Below, in pieces: positions 12,917-24,829 of a stretch of DNA of 64,000 bases (the stretch's first letter is position 1; each line of letters begins with the position of its first letter). Both the position numbers and the translations under genes were made by a program. The DNA comes from Amphiscolops sp. MND2022 (lineage: Eukaryota), in assembly GCA_964187785.1 (NCBI GenBank), contig OZ076409.1, positions 25,422,001-25,486,000 on the forward strand. Reading direction: 5' to 3'. Below the pieces are notes generated by a model that saw nothing but the letters and a program-made list of their open reading frames with translations, was not told where the DNA came from and ran no database searches.

Positions 12917-13549
12917 TCAAGAAAAAAAATTTTGATGAAGTTTTTTTCTACGCTTTGCTTGTAATAGTTATTTTTCATCGATTTCAATTTTTTTAATATT
13001 GTTAAAATGGGAAAAACCGATTTTTACACCTGTTTTGACACCTGGTATTTAGTTGGTTGATTGTATAAAAAGCCCTCAGAACCAAAATTTGTGTAACTTT
13101 TAATTATCTACTACTTTTGTTTCTAACGTTTTTCATTAAAACTATTTCCTGTTGAGACATTGAACAATGTTATTTTTCCCATGTTGAATATGTCTGCATT
13201 AACATTAAGTATAAACGAATTTGTTTTAAAATTTATCGAGATATTTGTATCAGTTTTCTCAAGTTTGAGATTTCTGTATCGGTTTTTTCATTTGTCTCGG
13301 AAAATTCATATTTCTCGAAAAATTCAACATGTGACGCACTTGGTTCGACTTGATGTTATTCCAGTTTTTTATTAATACCAAGCACTTGTTTCCACTTGAA
13401 TGCTACTTTCATTCCAAAAATTGTTGCTACACAAATTTTTTCTATTACCATCCACAGCAACATAGAGGTTGGTTAGTTTATTACTTCTTGTGACAAACAT
13501 TTTCAAAATTTGCGTAATGAAAATTTTTGTTCAGTGATTTTTGATTGTG

Positions 13550-13654
13550 TTAAATTTTTAGTTGCGAAAAAACGCTAATTTTTGATGATTTGCCTTGAAA
13601 ATATGCTTAATTTTGTTGGTCTGGCTGGCCAGGATCAGCAATTCATATACTACT
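13550..13654 (-). repeat. Right terminal inverted repeat of Polinton
   Basis: ...ggctggccaggatcagcaattcatatactact followed by TSD cccttc. Confidence 0.95.
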
Positions 13655-13920
13655 CCCTTCCACCAAAAATTTAACCAAAAAAGGGCAAAAACTTTCTCGA
13701 CACATTAGGTGACGTTAGTTAAGACATGGTACAGTCTCGAAGATAAAGTCCTGAAACAAATCTCAGAAGACAAAACAGGATCCCCAATAAACAGAAAGAT
13801 GCGAACTTTCTTTCAGTGGGATTAGAAAAAAAGGCGCACTTAATTGAAAAGGACGATCCTAGTATTGGACGGATTCATGATCTTGAATAATACTCTAATG
13901 TTCTGAGCATTGTTGAGCAG

Positions 13921-14377
13921 AACAAGCCGGAAACGGCATGCCATATCCAAGGCTCAAAAATAGCGAAAGGTAAAATGAAAGTGTCAAAAAACTCAAAGTA
14001 TCAAACTCACAAAAAGAGTTCCGAAACACTTTCGAAAAACCGAAACGACCGAACTGCGCGCTAAAAGGGGGGGTATTTCGGATTTTTAAACATCCATTGT
14101 TGCAAAACATCAAAAAATAGAAGGGACCCTTTGGAATTTTTCAACAACCATTCTGTGACAATGCCAAAAAACTGAAAAGTGGGAACCTTTGATCTTCCCC
14201 GGTATTGTATAGAACGAGGAAAAAAACTTTTTTGATTCTGTTCGCTAGGCCAAATGGTTCAATTTGACACCGTAAACTTTTGTAGAACTTCGTAGATCTA
14301 TTTTGGTCAGTTCGGGTGGGTTGAAAAAAAGAGTCACTATATTATTCGCGTTTCACTTGATGAAGTGCCGACTAAAA
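13921..14377 (-). mobile_element. HINE/Helentron-like non-autonomous repeat, copy A (reverse orientation)
   Basis: Ends gccgactaaaa (reverse complement of the 5' end ttttagtcggc) and begins aacaagccggaaacggc (reverse complement of the 3' hairpin end). 14240-14377 is the reverse complement of ~23822-23955. Confidence 0.7.
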
Positions 14378-15141
14378 CTGCGACGCTTTAGGTTTGAAAA
14401 ATAATTAGCAAATCCTTTTTTTTTGCAAAAGCAATTACAGTGAATAAGTCGCTAAGTCATTTCGGAGTTTTGTCATTAGTATACTAACGTGGAGCCCATT
14501 AGAAGATTGATCTTCCAATTAGGAATTCCTAAATGTCGGCAATGAGGGAGATTTTGAAATACATAAATATTCACATACCTCCACAGTCGTCCAAGGGCCC
14601 CTGAAAGTTCTAGTTTCCATGAAAAAAAAACAGGCTTGATCTATTTTCCAACAAAAAAAGTTCATTGCAATGCACGCTAGGAGCCAGGAAAGTTCCAGGA
14701 GCGTACACGGAAAAACTTTGCAGAATTACATGATGATCGTTTTTTTTTCAGTTTCAATCGAAATAATTGAAAAAGTATTCACTTTTTTATTGATTTTGTT
14801 GACTCGATGACATTGTTTTATTGTTTTCATGCTGTCGGGCCTCAATTTCTTAGTTGTCATTATCACCGTCATTCAGATGTAATCGTGATGCAATCGTGAT
14901 GCAATCGTGATTTAATTGTGCACTCGGAAAGTGATACCAGTTTGAAGTTGAAGTAGCAGAACCTAAATTTGCTTTACATGGGAATGATAGTAGACTTGGT
15001 AAGGTCTCAGTTGCCCATACAAATATGAAAAATGCTAACAACTCTCACAAAACTTCAAAGGTTCAAATTAATTCCGCGTTTAGAAGGCATTATCCAGTTT
15101 GCTGGATAGAAAATTATTGCAACTGGGAACTTTTGACCTCG

Positions 15142-15225
15142 GTCGTTTGGTTGAACGTTTTATAAACTCATAAAGAGGCTTGGTTAAGTTTGAAAAAAAC
15201 GCTCAAAAAGTTTAAGACGTTTCAG
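15142..15225 (+). repeat. Left copy of 84-bp flanking duplication of the Gypsy element
   Basis: gtcgtttggttgaacg...gacgtttcag is identical to 21147-21230 except for one substitution (gctc/cctc). Confidence 0.95.
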
Positions 15226-15429
15226 GAGAAGAAGATGCCACTAAGAGGATGAACCTGCCATAGTACCTGCCAGTTGTCTATCGTAAAAAGCCTTACAGTA
15301 TGAACATTAGTTGAAGTTGTATTCTATGATACAGTATAGCTAACAGTTCGTATGTTAACGATCATTACTTTGTGTTGATTTGAATTACTTTTATTCCATT
15401 CTTCTTACTCCAAGTTCTCCGTAATAACA
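15226..15429 (+). repeat. 5' LTR (lacks the terminal T of TG)
   Basis: gagaagaagatgcc...ccgtaataaca; the 3' LTR starts tgagaagaagatgcc. Confidence 0.95.
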
Positions 15430-15448
15430 TGGCGCAGTCAGCAATCTA

Positions 15449-18400
15449 ATGGACAACCCAGACCCAAACACCTCAGAACGATCCGACCAACAAGCCGCAA
15501 ACCAGACGATAATGAACCAGACGACGGCAAATAGACTGGAGAAGAACAAATATAAAATTCCGATTTTATCGGATAGAGAAACGGATCTCACCAAAATAAA
15601 CCCACGAATGTGGTGGGAGCAGATTTCGGAATATATACACCTCACATATAACCGAAATCTAGAAGAACTGATGGATCAAGGCGTTGACCAAATGGACCCG
15701 CATACGGTGTATCATATCAAAGGAGACGTCATCTGGGCTCTAGGCCCCAAGGCCAAACATGAAATTATGAGAGGACAATGGGGCAAAGAGCTAAAAGACA
15801 TTGATCTCCCAGAAATGCTGAAGCTATTCAAGAAAACATTCATACCAGCAAGGAATGTATTCCACAGCCGGGCACAATTCTTCAATATCCAACAAGATGA
15901 CAACGAAACTTTAGACGAGTACTGGAAAAGATTAGTGGACATCGAGCGGAAATGTGAATTCAACAGCATCACACCGGAAGAAATTATTACATACAAGTTT
16001 GCAGCAACAATTAACGACAAAAAAGCCCGAGACAAATTTAGAAAAGGACCGCTGAAACTTCGAATGGTACTCGAAACCATCGAACAAGACAATTACAACC
16101 GCAAATACGGAGACAAAAAAGCAAACAAACGACCCCGAAAAATCAAACTGGAAAGTTCATCAAGTGAAGAACAAGTCGCCCACACACAACCAATACGGAA
16201 ACAAAAAACCGCCGAAACGTGGAAGAAGAAAATGCCAAACCGTATTTGTCGCTTTTGCCGTAAACCCAATTGGTCAATGGAACATATTTGTCCAACACGG
16301 AGAGCACAGTGTAATAAATGTAAGAAGATGGGCCACTTCGCCAAAGTGTGCAAATCCAAAACCGTCAGCCTGATACAAAAAGAACTGCCAACGGACAGCG
16401 ACACCGAATCATGGCCTGAAATTGACCACATCCAATCCGTCAACGGCATAAATCGGATCGATTTCTACAAAGCGATACTATTGGTCCAAGGACAGCCAAT
16501 AGAATTCAATATTGACACTGCCTCTCCGATAACGATAATACCGCCTATAATTATTACAGCGGAAATACACAAAACCACAAAAAGTTTTGTAGATGTAAAT
16601 AAAAACCCGATAAAGTTCAAAGGCGAAACCATGGTTGAAGTAAAAACGGAGAAAAGCAAAATAACACTTCCCATATTAATAACCGAGAACAAAAACACCC
16701 AACCCTTATTGGGACTGGATTGGCTGGACAAACTAGAAATCGGGCTACAAAGGAACACGAACACGAACATTATCAGACACATCGAAACATACGAAAGAAG
16801 ACAGAAGATCGTAAAAGAATATGAAGACCTATTCAAAAACAACCAAACGATCAAAGATTTGGCTATCGACATCCAACTGAAAAAAGACACAAAGCCGATA
16901 CAACAAAAAGGACGACCAGTACAGATACATTTTCAAAAAACGGTCAAAAATGAGTTGAAGAAACTAATCGAAACTGAACACCTGGAAAAAACAAACAATA
17001 CCACAGAAAATTGTTTTGTCTCACCGGCTGTCATAACAATGAAGAAAGACAAGTCCGTGAAAATTGCTCTCGATTCAAGAAAACTGAATGAGGCATGTGT
17101 CAAAAGAAAAGCGACAATGCCAAATATGGAAGAACTGATCAGCAAAATATCAGCGGAAATCACCCGAAGCGACGGAGAAATCTGGATGTCAAAGATCGAC
17201 TTGGATTACGCTTACGGACAAGCAAAACTAACCGCGGAGGCAGCCAGACAATGTGTATTTTCGATAATTGGCGGTGATTTCACCGGCCATTACCGTTTCA
17301 AGAAAGGATTCTACGGACTGTCGGATATTCCCACCGTTTTCCAGGAACACATCAACAAAGTGCTAGAATTTAAAACACCGGTCTGGCTAGATGACATTAT
17401 ATGTGTAACAAACGGAACAATCGATGATCACGAACGAGAAATTCGGGAAGTACTCACAAAGCTACAAAACGCCGGTTACAGGGCAAGTGAGAGGAAAACT
17501 GAACTATTCAAACCGGAGCTAACTTGGCTGGGTTATCACATCGATCAAAAAGGAGTGAAACCGATAAAAGATAGAACGGAAGCAATAACAAAATTGACGG
17601 CTCCAAAGAATGCTAAAGAACTAAAATCTTTTCTCGGCTCAATACAACACCTAGCGAAGTTCATCAATAACCTGTCCAAGAAAACAGACAGAATGAGGAG
17701 TCTGTTGAAGAAAGAAACCCGCTGGGAATGGACACCCGAAATTGACGAAGACTTCGAGAGTTTAAAGAAAGAAATAACTGAACCCCCATGCCTGGCCCAC
17801 TTTGACCCGAAGAAAGAAAATTACGTGACGACAGATGCATGCAACACGAGGCTCGGAGCGACACTATAGCAGAAGGAAGGAAAAATTTTCAGACCAGTCG
17901 CGTTTGCTAGCAGATTTCTCACCGACTGTGAAAGAAAATATGCTATCAATGAGTTAGAACTGCTAGGGGCATTATGGGGGCTAGAATACTTCAGGTATTT
18001 TGTGTACGGAAAAAGGGTAAATTTGCTAACAGATCATCAAGCGCTGCAGACTCTGTTAAAACGGAACAGGGCACATAAACAATATAGCGCCAGGTTAACA
18101 CGGTGGTTAGACAGATTAAGCCATTTTGATGTAAATGTTCATTATACCGCTGGTAAAAACATCCCATTGACGGACTACTTAAGCCGGCATCCGATCGTAA
18201 ACACCGATGAAAGCGCAGCGGAGAAAAACATAAGCGGTCAAAACGAAGCGGAATCCGAAGAAGAGTTCGTAATAAACCAAAAACACGGCTTATTTGATTT
18301 CATTCAAACGAACGGAAGCATAAAACGATTCACAGAACGAACCAAGCCGAGACAGAAAATCGACCAATCACAACGTGTAAACGTGAACAAAATAGACAAA

Positions 18401-20734
18401 CTCATTTGCTCAAAATTTCGAAAACCACTGAACAGTGTTAATCAAATCACATCCGTAAATTTTTCAAATAGACTCGCAAAACCATCAAATATGGACAAAG
18501 TAAACGGAATCGACATGCACTTCATATTCAAGAAAAGAGGGCACTCACCAGACACTCTCAAACTCTGGACAGAGAGAAAAAGACTACTGAAACCTGAAAA
18601 AATGAGAATCGTGGGAAAGGGGACAGACAATGAAAGACTTCAAGCATGCCGACCCTCACAGCAAGTACGAAAAAGAATTGTTGAACTAAACGTGCAAATA
18701 TACAACAGATTCTTTAATTTCTGCGAAACGCTGGGTACGACGCCGCTGAAAGAGTTCCAGCAAAACAACTACGAATCCTGGATAACACAGTCATCTGACA
18801 CCGAAAGCCAAACGAGCAATGTCAGACAAGAAAAATGTCCCACAAACGCCATCAAAAAGTTTCGGAAACACGAAACAATAAACTTAATCCGACTGAAACC
18901 AACCGTCAAGACAAACATCCTAGACGATGAACACAACGAGCGGACAGAGGAAACCATCAAAAAGGCCGAAAAAGATTTTGCACTCGACTTGCCGATGTTA
19001 GTAGAAGAAACGGCGAGAGACACAAAAATTCTGAATGCTATCACTGCCGTCGAAAAGAACCAGATTGAGGAGTTTTTTTACCCTTATCGGCCACACAGAC
19101 ATCACCTGACAACCTGATTTGGCCTACTTTTCTATAACGACAAGATCGTTATACCTGAAGCAATGAGAAGCACAATCATCGCCATGCTCCATCAAGGCCA
19201 CCCATCAGCCACAAAGATGGACCAATCGTCCGCAGCCTTCTGGTGGCGCGGTCTATATCGGGAGATAAAGGAGAAAGCAGAAAACTGTCCCAGCTGCAGA
19301 TCGTCAGGTAAGAATCTAACAACGCAATTACCGTCAACGGAAAAAAAAACCATTTAGAAATTTTGTCTGAACCGAATCGAGAAATACAATTGGACTTTGC
19401 TGGTCCAATAAAATCAAAGTCTCGCGGCGATGTATATTTTTTAGTCGCAGTCGACCATTTTAGCAAGTGGCCAACCGCCAAAATTTGTAAAAACACCGAC
19501 ACACGGACAGTTTTAAAATTTTTAACGGAATATTGTTCAGATAACGGAACACCGCGGAGCGTACGCACCGATAACGATAGCTGTTTTAAAAGTAACGAAT
19601 TCGAAGAATTTTGTAACCAAGAAATAATAAAACGCATTAGATGTACAACGAATCTACACACAGGTACCGGCCAAGTAGAAAGAACGATACGGACAATTAA
19701 ATCATTAACTAGAGTAAATATGGCGGACGGCCTAACATTTGAAGAAGGTGTTAAATTGGCGATTAAAACAATTAGACAAACTCCGCATAGCAAATTGAAT
19801 ATGACGCCATTCCAAATGCATTACGGACGTAAGCCACGCACGGCAATAACCAATTTGATCGGCCGACCAGAATGTCTTCTCTCTAATTGGAAAAAAATTA
19901 TTGACCAATTACGTTTCAGCACAACCCACTGAGCTACAGATGTTCACAATTAATGACTCAGAGGGAGAATTGGCAGATTATCTGATCCTTAACGACTCGA
20001 AGAAAAGAAATAGATCGGTAAGCAAGGAATTTAAACAGTATCAATTTTTCGAAAAAGAAAACAAACCAAATGCAATGAAATGCAGATTTAAAACCAACAA
20101 AATACTGACGGCCGTGAATGAAACTAAACACACTATAACAACGTCAGATGGAAAAATAATCCATAAAAAATTAGCGTCGAAACCGATAAAATTTCAGTTG
20201 CCGAAAAAGCCGGAGGAAAAGAAGAAACCAACAAATCGCTGTGTCAGATGCGGAAAATTTAGCCAAGGAAAGTACTGTGACACCCACAAACGAGTGTACG
20301 GTACCACTGACGAAACAAATGAACCGGGATGCAGCTACACCCTTCCAACAATGCCAGAGAAAAGGTCAACTTACAGCGATGTCATAGAGCCGAGCAACGG
20401 ACAAGACGTATCGACGGAAGAAAAGGAACCGCAAGCAAGCAACACCACCGCCACAGCGGAAACGCAACGGCACGAAGAAGAAACCGCACCCGGGATACAT
20501 ACGCCACCACCGTCTACGCCGGTACAGTGTAGCACCAGTTATGGTACGCAACCAACACAACAGGAAGGCGATCAGCAGACGCCAATACGAGCCACCGCAA
20601 GTACCGAAGCTACTTCGAAGAAAAGGACAGCAAGCCCTAGAAGAGGTAACTTAAAAATAGTAGACAAAAAGGAACCAAAAAACACCATAAAATACAAACA
20701 GAGTCACCAGACCTTCGTAGATCAAATAGAATAA
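15449..20734 (+). pseudogene. gag-pol polyprotein with two premature stops and at least two frameshifts
   Basis: Zn knuckle CNKCKKMGHFAKVC; protease IDTAS; RT SKIDL..AY, FYGL, WLDD; RNaseH TDAC; integrase HQGH..CPSC, LDFAGP, DHFSKW, RTDN, VER. Stops at 17867 (TAG) and 19115 (TGA); frameshifts at poly-A runs near 19345 and 19895. Confidence 0.95.
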
Positions 20735-20936
20735 AAGACGCTAAGCGAACCGTAAAATTAGGAGGGGTAGAGTATTTCTAATTGGTTAGGTCGTTTAGAG
20801 TTCTCCAGCCCACTACAACGATTTATGCGACAGCCCTTTCCGAAAATCAAAAAGGAAAACCCAACGACTGATGTCAAGGTCAAGTGGGAGCCCACAGAAG
20901 CTGAACAATGGCTTCCCTGAATTACAAAGGGGGGAA

Positions 20937-21146
20937 TGAGAAGAAGATGCCACTAAGAAGATGAACTTATTAGTTCATAGTACCTGCCAGTTGTCTATCG
21001 TAAAAAACCTTACAGTATGAACATTAGTTGAAGTTGTATTCTATGATACAGTATAGCTAACAGTTCGTATGTTAACGATCATTACTTTGTGTTGATTTGT
21101 TTTACTTTTAATTCATTCTTCTTACTCCAAGTTTTCCGTAATAACA
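20937..21146 (+). repeat. 3' LTR
   Basis: TG...CA, preceded by PPT; near-identical to the 5' LTR. Confidence 0.96.
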
Positions 21147-21230
21147 GTCGTTTGGTTGAACGTTTTATAAACTCATAAAGAGGCTTGGTTAAGTTTGAAA
21201 AAAACCCTCAAAAAGTTTAAGACGTTTCAG
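21147..21230 (+). repeat. Right copy of 84-bp flanking duplication
   Basis: Starts immediately after the LTR-terminal CA; matches 15142-15225. Confidence 0.95.
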
Positions 21231-22677
21231 GTGGGCTTCTCGCCCATTTACAAAAACCAAGTCTTCACCAAAAAGACAGCTAATATTACAGTCGAAGGCT
21301 TTGAAAGCGCTTTTTTTCTTAGTCATGCATATGACAAAAAAGTCACGTGAGCAAAAGTTTTGATCTAAAATTTTGATCAGAACTACAGCACCAATTTTTG
21401 TTTTAAAAACCAATGATTTCGAAAGTCTGGCTCTTTTCTGTCCACCCCACCACCAATTTTTTTGAAAGTAAATTTCCTTTAAAACTTTATGCTAGCCTAA
21501 TCAAAAGTAAAACCTTCTTTCATAACGGGAAGTTAACGTCTATTAGACATTTTTTGCTTGAACAAAACATTGTTCACGCATTTTGACTATACTTATGCCC
21601 GTATTAAGTGTTTTTCGATGACTCAAAACAGGACGCTGTTGATTTCTTCATCCAAAATGCGTGACTACATATTGAAAAAGTGTGAACAAAGTTTGTATCT
21701 GAATTCTAAATTGTCACACTGAGAATAAATGTAAAATTGAAGCTTTATGGTTTGTATTCGAAACATTTTGTTATAAGATTTTCACTAATTTTTCAAAAAC
21801 AAATTGGTGGTGGGGGGGGGCAGAAAAGAGCCAAAAGTCTTTCAAATCGCATGTTATCTTGAGAAATTTTGGAGTTTTGTGAAGTTTATTACACGATATC
21901 TCGAAAACTACTGGTCAGGAGACAAACCATCAATCATTTTTGTAGTCTTGATAACAATCTTTAATTTTCATTTTGTTATATACTTTTTGTTTATTTTGTG
22001 TTATACCTTCTGTAAATTAATTCCGATCAAAAGTACCCCTGTAATTCTGAGCAAAACATTAGAAAATTTTGCACTTTGGACGTGTGTCAATTGACTACGG
22101 AAAAATATTTTGCGATTTGAATTATTTCGGATGTGAAATCGTGTGTTTTTGCGTTTTGGTACCCTGGTGTAATATTTATGTAAACTGTAGCCTAAGCAAT
22201 TATTTCACTCAATTTTGTTGAAGTCACATATAATCATACAAGCAGGTCCTAGGTAACCAAATTGTTCAATTTTCAAACAAAACTTCATGGGGACAAAGAC
22301 CGTTTAAGCAACCTCGACTACTACGATGCTTCGCAATCAATGCATGAAATGTTTTTGATGCATTTTTGCAAGTATTTCGTTCTTTTTTACGTTCCTTTCT
22401 AACCTGGATATCGAATCATTCGAACGAATCATATTTTTCAAGAAGCGTTGTTGAATCAGCAAGGTTGAGGAACATTTCCCGATTTGACCTACATACGAAA
22501 GCATTCAGCTCAAGAAATGTCATATAGATTGACGTATTTAATCAATTCAGTCAAAGAATTACTAAACAAAAAATAGCTCTATACGAAACATACAATTACC
22601 ATGGTATGTTTATTGTATGGCAACCATGATTTTCCTATTATTGTTTTTGGGGGAACACATTATGTCGATGGTGTACG

Positions 22678-23368
22678 TTCATCTCACCCCACGTTCATTT
22701 TACCAAACATTTAATTTATTCAATTCTCAAGTTTTTTTACTACTGTCAGACAATGTCAATCTTTGTGACCAATTATCCGATTAGATGATCAAAAAGTGCC
22801 TGCTGTGTGAACCACGAAAACGGACAATCTTTTCTTTTTCTCGTTTAAATTTACTCGTGTGAAACGGAGCTCTCTTTGGGCAATCGAATATTCAACCACT
22901 GCTGGTGTGCATCTTGAGTAAAAAATTTCCTGAACAGCTTGTTCACTCAACTTGAGTGAAATTACGAGAAATTACGTGTTCCGTTTTTTCACTCACGTAT
23001 GGTTTGTCTAGGCATACTTGAAGTATGCCTAGACAAACCATACGTGAGTGAAAAAACGGAACACGTAATTTCTAGCTGAAACTTCGGACCATCCATAGTT
23101 GACGATTCGATTATGACACGAGAGCGCTCATTTGCGCGATATAAAAAAGGTTAAAAATGTCAGTATTACTTCTTTTACAAGTATTACAAGTCCGATTAGT
23201 GGAAAGTTTGTGCTGTGTTTTCGTGTTTCACATGGCAGGCTTCGTTTGAATATCTAATCGTTTGAATATCTAATTGGATAATTGGTCACTAAGAGTGAAA
23301 TTGTGCGGCAGTGGTGATTGATTTCAATAATTAAATTGTGGGGTTAAATGAATGTGGGGTGAAATGAA
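22678..23368. mobile_element. Fold-back/MITE-like element with long degenerate inverted arms
   Basis: ~22678-22830 is an imperfect reverse complement of ~23205-23368 (tcaccccacgttcattt/aaatgaatgtggggtga; gtgaccaattatcc/ggataattggtcac; tgtgaaccacgaaaac/gttttcgtgtttcaca). Confidence 0.65.
22967..23073. repeat. Perfect palindrome: 53-bp arms, 1-nt spacer (G23020)
   Basis: agaaattacgtgttcc...ggcatactt-g-aagtatgcc...ggaacacgtaatttct, no mismatches seen. Confidence 0.97.
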
Positions 23369-23821
23369 AGTGTGGAGAAATGATATGGGGTGAAATGATT
23401 TGTGAAATTTTTTGATACGCATCATCTTTAGAACTAAAAAGCAAAGCCTAGTCAAGTAATACAGACTTTGATGACTTCATTAGATATTCCTCAACCAATC
23501 GAAACTTGAAAACAATACCACAATTTTCAATTTTGGTATTCGATGATGAATTATCTATTAATGATCTACATTGAAGCAAAATTTGGTGGAGTGTAACCAA
23601 AGAGTTAAGGCTGATTGTAAAAAGAGTTGGAAGGTTTTGTGTTCTTTTTGTGCTTTCCCTACTCATAGAAGATCAATGTGTTCGTTGTAAATGCCGGAGG
23701 TCAAAGTGGCGATTTTGCCGGTTTCACGTTGAGGTCATGCAGCCGTTTATCATGTACCATTTACCATTCACCATTTAAAATTTTAGGAAAAAATATGCAT
23801 TATCGGAAACATGAAAGTTTA

Positions 23822-24130
23822 TTAGTCGGCGCTTTATGAAGTGAAACGTGACTATTGTAGTGACTCTTTTTTTTCAATCCACACGAACTGACCAAAATAG
23901 ATCTACGAAGTTCTACAAAATTTTATGTTGTCAAATTGAACCATTTGGCCTAGGGAATTGAACCAAAATGGTTTTCCTTTTCTCTGTGTAACATACAATA
24001 CCGGGCAAGACTAAGGGGTTCGACATTGTGACTTTTTTTCGAAAAAAATTTTCCAAAGGGTCTCCCATTCAGTTGTTTGATGTTTTTCAACAAAGTTTGT
24101 TGAAAAATCCGAAATCCCTTTAGCGCGCCA
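23822..24130 (+). mobile_element. HINE/Helentron-like repeat, copy B (3'-truncated)
   Basis: Starts ttagtcggcgct; homologous to copy A. Confidence 0.65.
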
Positions 24131-24186
24131 GGGGAACGTAAAAGAATAGTTGACATTTTGAACTCGACTATTACAGTGAATAGTTA

Positions 24187-24691
24187 TTTTTAGTCGGCGC
24201 TTTTCTAGTGAAAAGAGCCCGACTATTACATTGGCTAGTTTTTTTCTTTTTTTTCGTCAGACTACAATCTCACTCTGATTGGTCCACATTTCTTACAATA
24301 GAAACTACTAAAACTACTAAGGCCATAAGGCCAAGTCCGGTCAGCGGAAATTAGTGCAAAAGGGTCCCTCCTTTCATTTTTTTTTACTTTTTTAACGTAA
24401 CCTACAAAACCGGACGAGACTAAAGGGTCCCCCTTCCGATTTTTTTAAGCATGTGTGCGACTTTTTTCGAAAATTTTTAACTGTCTCAAAAGAGTCCCTC
24501 TTTCGAGTTTTTTGATATTTTGCAACAGAATATATGTTAATAAAGCCCAAAGGGTCCCCCCTTTTACATTTTTTGGCACTATGCGACATTTTCCGAAAGA
24601 AAAAAATTCAAAAATTTCAAGTTTAAAAAAAAATGTTTTGCGCTTTTTGAGCCTTAGATATAGCGCCGACTTTAGACGTTCCCGTCTTGTT
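24187..24691 (+). mobile_element. HINE/Helentron-like repeat, copy C
   Basis: 5' tttttagtcggcgc with nearby inverted ccgact; 3' gcgccgact, hairpin agacg-ttcc-cgtct, then tgtt. Confidence 0.75.
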
Positions 24692-24829
24692 TATTTTTTT
24701 CGTCCGACCAAAGCGCTCACCCTGTATGTACCACTTTTTGTGCATCATACACTTTTACCAAAAGTACTTAGTACTTGTATTGGAACGCGTCCAAAAGCCC
24801 CTAACATTAAATACAAAACCATTACAAAG

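Larger units (their letters stand above)
6202..13654. mobile_element. Polinton/Maverick (adintovirus-like) element, decayed and internally deleted
   Basis: Begins AGTAGT and ends ACTACT. TIRs are ~105 bp with the first 32 bp identical. Exact 6-bp TSD CCCTTC at 6196-6201 and 13655-13660. Contains pPolB, ATPase, protease and penton-like remnants. Confidence 0.95.
15226..21146 (+). mobile_element. Full-length Gypsy/Ty3 LTR retrotransposon (single gag-pol frame, inactivated)
   Basis: LTRs at 15226-15429 and 20937-21146, PBS TGGCGCAGTC at 15430, PPT AAAGGGGGGAA at 20926-20936. Domain order gag-PR-RT-RH-INT. Confidence 0.97.

Noticed and set aside
19176..19793. Antisense ORFs inside the Gypsy element (also 15712-17163)
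   Set aside because: Shadows of the A-rich gag-pol frame; no independent motifs.
19901..20734. Possible env-like third ORF
   Set aside because: No signal peptide or transmembrane segment; it joins the integrase through a poly-A frameshift.
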